From a virus (lineage: Duplodnaviria > Caudoviricetes): 52,193 nt of DNA. Numbering within the stretch: position 1 is the first letter of the stretch; each line of letters starts with the position of its first letter. The stretch is from IMG/VR virus record IMGVR_UViG_3300044568_005649, positions 1 through 52,193 of that record; one strand, written 5' to 3'. Below, piece by piece: positions 24,761-34,600 of the stretch. Made by a program: the position numbers and the translations under genes. The notes beneath the pieces are model-generated. The model ran no database searches and was not told the DNA's origin. It saw only the letters and a list, made by a program, of their open reading frames with translations.

Positions 24761-25321
24761 TTAGACGCTCACCCTTGACTTTACACGTCCGCCGTGCGCT
24801 GCCTTTGCCATCACGTACGCATCCGCGACGTCGTAGCAGTAGGGCTCAAAGACAGTCTCACCCTTTCTCTTGCCTCTCGCGATCACCTTTGTCGGCCAGA
24901 CGTAGTCAGCAACGTCTCCTGCCACCCAGGTCATCACCACGTCCTTGATGTTCTCTCCCTTGTTCTTCTTGATCCCGAGACTGCGTCGGGCAAAGATGAC
25001 ATTGAGGTGACGAGGCTTGATCCTGAGGTCGCGCCAGCAGGCATATGTGACCATCCCATTGAATCTGTTGAGAGTGAGAAGCGTCGACGCGGAGGACATT
25101 CCCCTGGCAAAGCTCAGGAGGGGCTCCTCAATCACGACCTCGTAGTCCTCTCTGAGGTGCGCTGTCTCTTCCATGATCGCCTTGATCAGGATCTCTGCTT
25201 TCTCGAACAGGTCGTGTGCGGATGTCAGGTCCACACAGCCCATCTTCTCAAGGCTGCCATTGCTGTCCATCAGGCACCAACCCGTCTTGCTCGTGGAGAC
25301 GTCCAGGCCGAGGATCCTCAT
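24761..25321 (-). CDS. RuvC-like Holliday junction resolvase
   Basis: ILGLDVSTSKTGW; VIEEP; DVADAYVMA. Confidence 0.85.
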   Translation of the reverse strand: MRILGLDVSTSKTGWCLMDSNGSLEKMGCVDLTSAHDLFEKAEILIKAIMEETAHLREDYEVVIEEPLLSFARGMSSASTLLTLNRFNGMVTYACWRDLRIKPRHLNVIFARRSLGIKKNKGENIKDVVMTWVAGDVADYVWPTKVIARGKRKGETVFEPYCYDVADAYVMAKAAHGGRVKSRVSV

Positions 25322-27657
25322 TAGAAGTCCAATTTGAGCCTGAAGAGGAACTTCTCGTCGGGCCGCTTGAAGATGGGTTGGGCGAGGGTGGCCCGTGCCA
25401 CCACGTTCAGATTGTTGTCGTGGAGGTTGATGGTGTCAATGTAGACGAAGTTGGATCCGGTGTCGTCGGAGGACGTCGTCGGCGGGAAGCTCTTATAGGT
25501 GGGATTCTGAGACACGTTGGCGACGTAGGGAGGAACCACCACATCAAGGGTGAGGACGTGGATGCTGGAGTCAGTTTCGAACTTCATATCCCAGGCGTGC
25601 TTCCCGAAGAACGGAACGGTGGGTGAGAGGATGAGGCCCACACCCTCGTTGCTGTACATGAGACCCTGTGTGTTCCATCGGGCGTGAGCTGTCTCGGAGT
25701 TCGCCCGATACAGGCCGTTCCTTCCATCGTCCTTGTAGGTGATTGCCACCTTCCTACAGGATCCAGTGATCGCAGGATCGCTGACTTGGAAGGATGTCGG
25801 CTTGATCTTGTGACCGTAGTGGATGGTGGAGACGTCAATCAGAGATCCAAAGATGAAGTACTCCTCCTGGTCCTCATATTGGACGTGGTAGTAACCACCA
25901 CCGTCCTTCAGCAGGCTCTCTCCGCCCGGATCCTTTCGAGTCCCGCACACGGGTATGGGAGAAGTGGCAGGGTAGGGCTCGACCATTCCCGTCAGGTCTA
26001 TCTGAGCGTAGTCAAGTCCTCCCCCATACGACTTGAACAGGTCCTGCGCGGGGGCAGAGAGAGAGCCGATGCAGGAATAGGTGGGCCTGAACAGCCCGTC
26101 GTCGCAGGGCAGGACAGTGAGATTCCTCTTCCTGTTGATCATGTTGTAGTAGTAGATCGTATTAAAGTTCCTCTCACTATCCGGATAGGAACTCGGAAGG
26201 GAGGACGTCAGATTGAAGAGCCGTGGGTAGGTCGCCTCGCTCCCAAACAGGGACAGGTTCCTGACGAAGTTCTCCACGTTCGTGTCCCTGCCGCCACAGC
26301 CGAACATCAGGTCGATGTTGACCGGACTGTTTGTAGACATCAGACGCTTGTCGAACATCGACACGGGTGCAAGCCTGGTTGGGCTCTCATGAAGGAAGAT
26401 GGGCGGCACATAGAGGAGGAGACCGTCGACGTCATGTCGTGTGTCCTCAAGCTCGTTCTGGACTCGCTCCTCGGGAGAAATCGCTCGAGAGTAGACTCGC
26501 AGTGAGTGAATCTCGGCGTTCAGCGGGCACAGGAGGCTGAGCGTGGGGTCGCCTGACGCGTAGGAACTGTTGGGGAGCAGACCCTCCGCGTTGGCAGCAG
26601 CTATATTGAACAGCCTTCCGACATCCGCCGAGCTTGAGACATGGTTGCCCACAATCAGCGCACCCGGTGCTGTGCTCCTGGCGATGGTGGGAAGTGTGAT
26701 GCTGAACTTTCCGCTTTCCTGCCCGTTGACGTAGAAGACACCCGATCCGTTGTTTGTCTGGGACGACCAAGTGACGGACACATGGTTCCATGTGTTCCTT
26801 GCCAGCGCGTTGTCATCGCTGACGAAGATGTACTGCTGCGCTCCCACCCGTGTGCCGTTTGATGCAGTGAGGTCAATCGTCTGGGGATTCACATCGGCAC
26901 TGTGTGTCAGTGCGAGAACGAGCCTGTATGCATCAGGCAGGCCATCTGGCCCCCTGCTCGACCCAGTCACGAGTGACAGGGCGTAGCATCCCGGAAGGTG
27001 GAGGATCGACCCAGCGTTGAAGCTCGCACCCACACTGTCTGATGTGTACCGGGGGTTGATGTGAAGGTCGACTGTCAGACCCCTTGTGACCCGGTACGAC
27101 CTGCTGTCGCCAAAGTCGGGAAAGGCGATCGCCGTGTCGCTCCGCACATCTGAGCCTGTGTAGAAGTTCAGAGAGAAGTAGTTTCCTACGGCAAAATACC
27201 TGCCCTGGTTCTCTGACACGTAGTACGGCACTAGAGAGCCCGAGATGGTCCTCCTCACATACTTCTTGAGTGTGTACTCACTTTCGAGGACATCGTCTCC
27301 GGCCGCTGGGTCGAAGCTGTAGACTTTCGGCGAGAAGACGATTGTTCCTCGCTGGTCCTCACGTGTGAGAGTCCTCGCAGAGTCGAGGTAGGCGTTGGCG
27401 AAGTTGCTGACATCAGTCTGAGTGGCACGGGATGATGACATCTTCAGCAGGATGTTGTCGAGTGTGACTGTGACTGAAGAGTCGTTGAAATTCACGACCG
27501 TGGAGTAGTCGCCCATGTCCCGAAGGCAGCTGGAGTGCCTTGCCCCCAGGGTCTCAGACCCAGTCACTCCTCCGCTGCCAGAGATGAAGCGCTTCTGTGT
27601 GCTCAGGAGAAGTGTTCTTCCATCCTGACGCAGCTTGTCGATGCTGATTGTTGACAT
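25321..27657 (-). CDS. Baseplate/tail protein with LamG-like domain and C-terminal baseplate-wedge-like motif
   Basis: WNHVSVTW...FYVNG...IGN...EIHSLRVYSRA; ends TINLHDNNLNVVARATLAQPIFK...FRLKLDF. Confidence 0.75.
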   Translation of the reverse strand: MSTISIDKLRQDGRTLLLSTQKRFISGSGGVTGSETLGARHSSCLRDMGDYSTVVNFNDSSVTVTLDNILLKMSSSRATQTDVSNFANAYLDSARTLTREDQRGTIVFSPKVYSFDPAAGDDVLESEYTLKKYVRRTISGSLVPYYVSENQGRYFAVGNYFSLNFYTGSDVRSDTAIAFPDFGDSRSYRVTRGLTVDLHINPRYTSDSVGASFNAGSILHLPGCYALSLVTGSSRGPDGLPDAYRLVLALTHSADVNPQTIDLTASNGTRVGAQQYIFVSDDNALARNTWNHVSVTWSSQTNNGSGVFYVNGQESGKFSITLPTIARSTAPGALIVGNHVSSSADVGRLFNIAAANAEGLLPNSSYASGDPTLSLLCPLNAEIHSLRVYSRAISPEERVQNELEDTRHDVDGLLLYVPPIFLHESPTRLAPVSMFDKRLMSTNSPVNIDLMFGCGGRDTNVENFVRNLSLFGSEATYPRLFNLTSSLPSSYPDSERNFNTIYYYNMINRKRNLTVLPCDDGLFRPTYSCIGSLSAPAQDLFKSYGGGLDYAQIDLTGMVEPYPATSPIPVCGTRKDPGGESLLKDGGGYYHVQYEDQEEYFIFGSLIDVSTIHYGHKIKPTSFQVSDPAITGSCRKVAITYKDDGRNGLYRANSETAHARWNTQGLMYSNEGVGLILSPTVPFFGKHAWDMKFETDSSIHVLTLDVVVPPYVANVSQNPTYKSFPPTTSSDDTGSNFVYIDTINLHDNNLNVVARATLAQPIFKRPDEKFLFRLKLDF

Positions 27658-27733
27658 GTTGGTCTAAGTAGAAGGATGCAGTTGGTTCGATCCTCTGTAC
27701 AATACACGGCGCGATCAACGAGGAATCTGAGTC
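27658..27733. promoter_or_regulatory. Divergent intergenic control region (CTACTTA on minus; TGTACAAT and GAGGA on plus)
   Basis: 76-bp gap between divergent genes. Confidence 0.5.
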
Positions 27734-29686
27734 ATGGCTGATACCACTGCCCTGTTCGAGACAAGCACATCAGGCGCACGGGCAAAAGTATTCTCTTCGG
27801 ATCCTCTCGCCTCAGTGGATGCCCCTGAGCCCCAGCTTTGCAAGGGGACGTTCGTCTACAACTACTTTGTCAAGAATGAGCGGGTTGAGTTCACGGGCGG
27901 GGAGGGCTTCATCACACCGGGATTTGCGGCAACTAACGGCGTTCCGTCTGAGGATGAGGCGCGATCCCGCTACATCGCTCTCAGCTTCAAGAAGCCGTTC
28001 GCAGAGTACGAGGCTGCGACTCTGTCCGAGGTGTCCGCCTACCTCAGCAGCAACTCATTGATGACCCTCGTGGAGCAGGGCTACCTCCATGTGGAGGACA
28101 GCGTGACCTCCACAAAGTTCCAGCGGATCCAGATCTCGGGCGACGGGATCAACCTGCGAATGGTGACTTCACTCTCCGGATCGAGCACTTACGTCACTTC
28201 CGACGAGGGCACAGCTGCCCAGTCGAACTCGGACCTCTCTCGAAAGGTAGCGGCGAGCATCGCTGGCTATCGCGGCACGATTCCAAGCGATCTGGCGACC
28301 TCTGTCGCTGCCGCAGAGTCAGACCAGGAGATCAGCGGCGCGATCATCAAGTACATCAACGCGAGCGGCCAACCCACACAGAGAATCAGCTACTACCGTG
28401 AGCAGGCGCAGGCAGCAGAAAGAGCCGACATTATCACGAGCAGGCAGGAGACACTGGGCATCAACCTGCTGGTGTTCAACAGCGTGATGAGGGCATCAGC
28501 TCATAACACGAGCCACCTTCTCAACCCAGAAGTGGCTGAGTATCTGGAGGCGAGCGCAACGATCCAAGCCACAGCTAGAGCGGAGTCAGCTGTCCTGGGC
28601 ATCAACCCCTCGGGATACGACATCTCTGTTACACCCTTCTACACGACTGAGAGTTCATCCTCTTCCTACCGCTCTGTCCTTGTCGGATACATCATCGAGA
28701 AGTACGAGGTGAACAACGAGGAGATCACGTCCTACCCCTCCATCTTGGTGACAGGGGCAAACATCACCTCTATTCGCGACATACAGGTCAACTACGGCGC
28801 GATGTACAAGTACAGAGTTCGCGCTGTCTTCATGCGCGAGATTCCGGCAGTGTTCTCGGAGTCTGGACGAACCGGGACGATCAGATTCCTGGTAGCTAGC
28901 TCAGGAGAGAGTGCCGAGACCTTCGTCGCGTGTGTGGACGAGGTCCCACCTCCTCCTCCGGAGGACTTTCGGGTGTCCTACGACTACGAGTTGAGCCTTG
29001 TGAGGCTCACATGGTCACTTCCCGTGAACAGTCAGAAGGACATCAAGTACTTCCAAGTGTTCAGGCGGAGCGATGAGGATGTAGCCTTTCAGCTGCTGCA
29101 GGTGATCGACTTCGATGACTCAGGCATCAAGGAAGTGCAGAGTGAAAGCTATCCGAAGAAGATCATCACAGAGACAGAGATCGTCCGCGCTTTCTATTAC
29201 GACGCAGTCCAGAAAGAGAAAGAGTACATCTATGCAGTGGTCTCTGTGGACGCTCACGGCCTCAGCTCAGGATACTCAGTCCAGCTGGGTGCAGTGTTCA
29301 GGAGGGCCCGGAACGCGCTCTCAGTGAGAATGGTCTCTCGGGCCGGCGCGCCTAAGCCGTACCCCAACCTCTATATCAACGAGGACACATTCGCAGACGT
29401 GGTCCGTGTGTCGGGCTCAAAGAAGCTCGTCACCTTCTTGGATGCGGAGCTGCTCACACTGGAACACACCTCAGGCTTCAAGGAGAACCTCGTTGAGGAC
29501 GCGAGCTTCACCATCTCTCTGATCAACGAAGACTCATGCTTGGCGGAGAAGATCGTCCTGACAACTTCGAAGTACGCAGCCGCAGGCGCGCTGTATCTGT
29601 CCTCGAGCCTTCTCGCCGACCCCGCGACCGCCCTGGAGGCAGAACCGGATGAGGTCTCATACTCAGGGTTCTTCACGTCGCTCTGA
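27734..29686 (+). CDS. Probable virion protein with fibronectin type III-like domains
   Basis: GYIIEKY...YGAMYKYRVRAV; PPPPPEDFRV...LTWSLP...YFQVFRR...YIYAVVSVDAHGLSS. Confidence 0.75.
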   Translation: MADTTALFETSTSGARAKVFSSDPLASVDAPEPQLCKGTFVYNYFVKNERVEFTGGEGFITPGFAATNGVPSEDEARSRYIALSFKKPFAEYEAATLSEVSAYLSSNSLMTLVEQGYLHVEDSVTSTKFQRIQISGDGINLRMVTSLSGSSTYVTSDEGTAAQSNSDLSRKVAASIAGYRGTIPSDLATSVAAAESDQEISGAIIKYINASGQPTQRISYYREQAQAAERADIITSRQETLGINLLVFNSVMRASAHNTSHLLNPEVAEYLEASATIQATARAESAVLGINPSGYDISVTPFYTTESSSSSYRSVLVGYIIEKYEVNNEEITSYPSILVTGANITSIRDIQVNYGAMYKYRVRAVFMREIPAVFSESGRTGTIRFLVASSGESAETFVACVDEVPPPPPEDFRVSYDYELSLVRLTWSLPVNSQKDIKYFQVFRRSDEDVAFQLLQVIDFDDSGIKEVQSESYPKKIITETEIVRAFYYDAVQKEKEYIYAVVSVDAHGLSSGYSVQLGAVFRRARNALSVRMVSRAGAPKPYPNLYINEDTFADVVRVSGSKKLVTFLDAELLTLEHTSGFKENLVEDASFTISLINEDSCLAEKIVLTTSKYAAAGALYLSSSLLADPATALEAEPDEVSYSGFFTSL

Positions 29687-29732
29687 GCTTTCTTCGGCGA
29701 TCCAGACAGCTGATAATTAGCAGGAGGTCACT

Positions 29733-30428
29733 ATGGGAACTCTCCCTCACGATACCGCAAACATCTCCATCGACTGCGTCCTGACCAAGAAGGGACGTGA
29801 GTTCCTGTCAAAGAACGACGGCTCTTTCTCCATCGTCAAGTTCGCTCTGAGCGACGATGAGGTCGACTACACCATCATCAAGCAGTACGGGATCGACGTA
29901 GGCAAGGAAAAGATCGAGAAGAACACACCTGTCCTCGAGGCGATCACTGCAGAGAGCATCGCCCAGAAGTACAAGATCGTATCCGTTTCCAACCAGAATC
30001 TCACATACGTTCCGAGGCTGACACTTGTCAGCTCTCTGACGAGCAACGTGCTCAGCCTCCTCACGTCGGGGACATCCACGGTTGTAGTCCAACAGACGAT
30101 CGTCTCAGGGGAGAGCATCGACCCTGAGCTGATCGATCAGGTGTACGAGGTCACACTGAACAATCGCTTCCTGACGCTGTCTGGGAAGACTCCCGACATC
30201 ATCGGCTCGGGCGACACTGTGACCTACTTCATCACACAGACCGGCACAGTGAGCTCCTCCGGTGGTTCCACCGCGCAGTTCACGGTTGCAGCTCGTGCGA
30301 TCTCGACCTCAGTCTTCGACATCTACGGCACGAAGAACGACAAGACCCTAATCCGCACTTTCATTAGCGTGAGGGGAGCGCAATCTGGCGCTGCTTACGA
30401 TATTGAAGTGAACATCTCGCAGACCTAA
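29733..30428 (+). CDS. Probable baseplate/tail structural protein
   Basis: DCVLTKKGREFL...FSIVKFALSDDEVDY; AGGAGG RBS; ATAATTA at 29713-29719. Confidence 0.75.
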   Translation: MGTLPHDTANISIDCVLTKKGREFLSKNDGSFSIVKFALSDDEVDYTIIKQYGIDVGKEKIEKNTPVLEAITAESIAQKYKIVSVSNQNLTYVPRLTLVSSLTSNVLSLLTSGTSTVVVQQTIVSGESIDPELIDQVYEVTLNNRFLTLSGKTPDIIGSGDTVTYFITQTGTVSSSGGSTAQFTVAARAISTSVFDIYGTKNDKTLIRTFISVRGAQSGAAYDIEVNISQT

Positions 30429-30437
30429 GAGAGAGAC

Positions 30438-31664
30438 ATGTCGACATTCAAGGAACTGAACGCTGCAAGCATCGGCTCGTCCGCCACCACGCTGTCTCAG
30501 CTGGTCGATGTTGTCGGTGCGGACATCAGCGGCTCGGCAAACAGAAAGACCTATGAGGTCTTTTCGACTGGCGGCGTGGGCCCAGGTGTGGTCTCAAGCA
30601 TCTTCCAGACTGTGTATGACCAGGACAGCACACTCGTGACAGCGAACGCTGTCATGGACATGACCATCGGTATCTTCTCTGGAAGCAACACGGTCCTGTC
30701 GAGCACCCTTGGGTCTGACGCCTTTGGCAAGCTCCTCTTTCCGTCGACATCGCTGATGATGCGAGAGAAGATCAACAACTATCGTCAGTACGCTCAGCTC
30801 TGTCTGGGTGACGCTGACAACCAGTTCGTTGCTCCCTTCGGCAGCACTTCGACCACGAGCACGATCGATGAGGCCATCATCATCAGCTTCAAGCGCTTGT
30901 TCTCGAGGGACGGGATCAAGCGCGAGACGTTCGCAATGCGGATGTTCGCGACGGGCGTCCTCGACGGCAGGGACATAGGTCAGCCCGACTACTCCAACAT
31001 TGATCGGACCTCGACATCAGGCTCCATGACGATGATCGACATCGGCTCCTCGACGGCACGTGAGGGATCACTGTTTGGAGGCGTGGGAAGCATCGTCAGC
31101 TCTGCAGACGTCAACAACACTGTGGGCCTGATCTTCTACGAGCCTGGGATCGTCATCCTGGACGCAAAGAAGGTGATGAGTGCATCACAGCACGTCTCGG
31201 GCGTGATCAATGGCATGTCGTCTGTCACCTACAAGGACGCTGTAGCGGGCAAGACTATCATCGGCGATCCTGTCGTCGGGAATCCCCATGCGAAGTTCAT
31301 TCCTGACCTCTTCACCTCCGCGTCAATCGACGACATTGTGAAACACATCGCCAGCACGCGGTTCAACTCAAGCGCGCTGACGTCGATGATCACGTTCCAG
31401 AACGCGACCTCGATCAACTCGACGATCATCAACGTGAACGCTGACGCGTCCTCCTTCAACCTGAGCTCGAACCCTACGTTCACGGACGAGAACGGGCAGA
31501 TCATCATGTCGCTGGTGGACGAGACTGCAAAGCCCTTCACGATGATCACCGGCGTCGGCTTGTACGATGCCAACAACAACCTTCTCGCCGTCGGCAAGCT
31601 GAGCAGGCCGATTGAGAAGAACGGAGAGAAGGCGATCAATCTCCGGCTGAGGATCGACTACTAG
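30438..31664 (+). CDS. Probable baseplate/tail structural protein
   Basis: C-terminus ITGVGLYDANNNLLAVGKLSRPIEK...LRLRIDY, paralogous to the end of 25321..27657. Confidence 0.75.
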   Translation: MSTFKELNAASIGSSATTLSQLVDVVGADISGSANRKTYEVFSTGGVGPGVVSSIFQTVYDQDSTLVTANAVMDMTIGIFSGSNTVLSSTLGSDAFGKLLFPSTSLMMREKINNYRQYAQLCLGDADNQFVAPFGSTSTTSTIDEAIIISFKRLFSRDGIKRETFAMRMFATGVLDGRDIGQPDYSNIDRTSTSGSMTMIDIGSSTAREGSLFGGVGSIVSSADVNNTVGLIFYEPGIVILDAKKVMSASQHVSGVINGMSSVTYKDAVAGKTIIGDPVVGNPHAKFIPDLFTSASIDDIVKHIASTRFNSSALTSMITFQNATSINSTIINVNADASSFNLSSNPTFTDENGQIIMSLVDETAKPFTMITGVGLYDANNNLLAVGKLSRPIEKNGEKAINLRLRIDY

Positions 31665-31672
31665 CGTCGAGA

Positions 31673-34600
31673 CTACACAGTCCGCGTGAACTGGGTGATG
31701 CTGACCGGGATGGCAAACACTCGATCAAAGTAGGTTGGGCTGACGCAGAGGTCTGCGTACTCACTCGACCGAATGATCGGCGTCTTGCTCAGCATATCCA
31801 GGTGCTTTATCGATGCCTCGAGGTCAGTTCCACCCGTTGATCGGGGGTTCAAGAACTCGACAGCACAGATATTGAGGATGTAGGACTGCGCAGTTCCCAG
31901 CACGGTGGACGAGTTGGGGTTGAACGCAGACTCTGCAGTTGTGAACGTAGCCTCGGTCATGTCAATGCCCGAGGAGTTCTTCATGTGTGTCTTGAGCAGG
32001 AAGTCGACGAAGTGGTTCCCCACGATCTTCTTGCTGTTGGCAAGCTGTGTGGAAGAGATCCCGAGTTCGGAGGCTGCAGCTGTCTCATCCATGAACTCGA
32101 CGTCCACTATGAAGTCGCTCACCGTGACCTGCCTAGCTGCTACCTCGTCCTCCAGAGACGCTATGGATGAGGCGTAGTCAGTTTCTCGAGAGACTGGTCC
32201 GCTGGATGAAGTGTCGGTGTCCTCAGCAGACGAGGTCGTGCTGCTCTCAAAGGAGAGAGCAACATTCTTGCAAGTGAGGCTCTTCAGGTTCCCCATCCCA
32301 GACTCGCTGGCCTTACCGATCCTGAAGTAGTTGATGTCCTCGACATCGGTCAGCTTTCCCTCGCTGGATGTCGCCCAGGGTGTGTTGCCGAAAGCACGAC
32401 TTGTATCAGGCGAGATGTATGTGAACATGTCGAACATGTAGGAGATGGGCGCGTAGACAGCTTCCACGTCGGCCTGATCTCGCCGAGTGAGCGTGACCTT
32501 GGCATACCTCAGGCCCAGACCCATGACGTGCTGGATTCCTGCGGGAAGTCCGACGACAAGAACTCGTGTGTCAGGAAGCTGCATCAAGTCCGACCTGTAG
32601 AGCGATCTGATGGCTGATCTCTCCAGCGCTCTAGCGATGGATGTCTCATCGTACTTCGGACAGTGAAACGGTGCCTTCTTCTTCCTGTAGAGGTGCTCAT
32701 ACCTCCGGATAGTCATGCCGGCCGACTGGCAGGGCGTGTAGATCAGGTCGAACGTCCCATCCGTCAGCAGATCTCCGCTGGCGATCTTGTCCAGCCCAGC
32801 AGACGCAGATCGCATCTGTGCGCTCAGAATTCCCAGGCAGAGACGCGCGTCGTCGTAGCTGATGGGTGCGTGAGATGCGATCTCATCCACGATCTCTTCA
32901 GCTGCATCCTTGAACTTCGTGTATGGGCTGACTTTGTCAGCTTGAACATTCTTCACTCGATCAAAGAGGCTCTGCATGTGGTGCGATGCAAAGAGTGTGA
33001 GGAGAATGCAGATCTCCTTGAACTCATAAGTCGTGCTTCCGTCCGCGTGCGGATTGAGGGAGGCATAAGTCGGCAGGGAGGCGGGTGTGCCGCTGCGGGT
33101 TCTTCCGAACGTGACATTCGTTCCAAAGAGGGCGTAGGCTGTGTTTATTGACCAGGTGACGAGCCTGTCAATCGCCGGGGAGGCAAAGTTGGTACGACCA
33201 GCGGCTATTTTTGACAGGTAGCTGTCAAGGCCGTAGTAGTTGCTGAACTTCTCTTGTGCCTCAGCGTTATCTAATGCACCGAATAAAAGATCGTATAACA
33301 AATCGCTGGGAGGTTCGTCTTGAGTGCCCGTCTCAAAGTCGAACCTCTCGGACCAGTAGTTCATCAGGAAACTGACAAATTTCTGTAGCCAATCAGCTGT
33401 TATTCCAGCAAACGGATGACTCAGTGTCAGCATTCTGATGATCTCGTGGTCAGCGTAGACTGGAAGTAAGTTAAACGCCTCTGCGAGCTCCTCGGTGCGA
33501 TCTCGTGAGTCAACATCCTCTTTGAACAGCTCGAAGATGTCTAAGTTCGACACGTTGAGTGTCTCAGACCGTGTGAAGCTCGATTGGTTGGTGCCTGCGA
33601 CTTTCAAGTAGCTGAGGTAGGCGTCCTTGAATCCCGACTTGCCGCTTCTAGAGTAATCATCCGCGAAGGTCTCACTGTCCCACTGGGCCTCGAGGAGGTC
33701 TGCAAAGTTCTTAAGAAGAAGCTTTCCGAGGTCCGCTGGCTTGTACGTCGCTCGGTCAAGAGTGATGTTGGACGCCAGGATCTTGCTAGTGATCGTGGTG
33801 TGAGCGTCTGCGGCAGAGGACATGCGGCTGGATAGGTCAGAGGCTGTGCCGGCGGGATCGCTGGTGATGCCAAACAGCCTTGTGTATCCATGTGTGTAAC
33901 CACTAGGAAGTCCTGGATTGTGACTTCTGTCGAAGAAGATCAGCTTCTGCGTGGGGCTAGCGAGGCTCGGTGTCTGAAATAGGAGACCTGCCGCAGATGT
34001 GCTGTCTGCCTTCTCAAAGTCTGAGATCGGACTGCCAGATCCCACACTATCGTCAGACAGACCGACAGGCAGACCGATGTTCTCATTAAAGACATCGAGC
34101 GCTGTCTTATTCGCGTTGTACAGCGCTGATGACTTGTAGGCTGCAAGGCTGGAGATCCTTAGCAGGAGGGCCTTTGCGATGTCTCGAGATGAGAGTGCCG
34201 ATGTGAGCTCAGCTGTGTCCTCAGCGAACTTAAACTCAGAAAGATCGGTGAAGGTTGACTTCTGGACGAGCTTAGCGAGCGGACCTGTGGTGATGCTGTA
34301 CTTGTATGCGGACTGTGGGTCGGCCTCGTCCCTGGTGCGGGTCAACATCTCTGGGACAGTGCTGTCTCGCGGGGACCCAAACGCGAATGAGAAGTACGCC
34401 TGCTGCAGCAGGGAGTGCATCAGGGTGTAGCTCCTGAACCCTGCATCGATCTCAGTGTCTGTATTGAGGAGGCTAGAGATGAACTTAGAGCCGTCGTCTG
34501 TGTTCCTCAAGTAGCCATGGAGATCGTACAACCTGACGAGCGTGCCGAAGCCCTCGTCCGTGTACTGCGCGGCTGTGGGATCTGCGTTCAGCTCCTGAAC

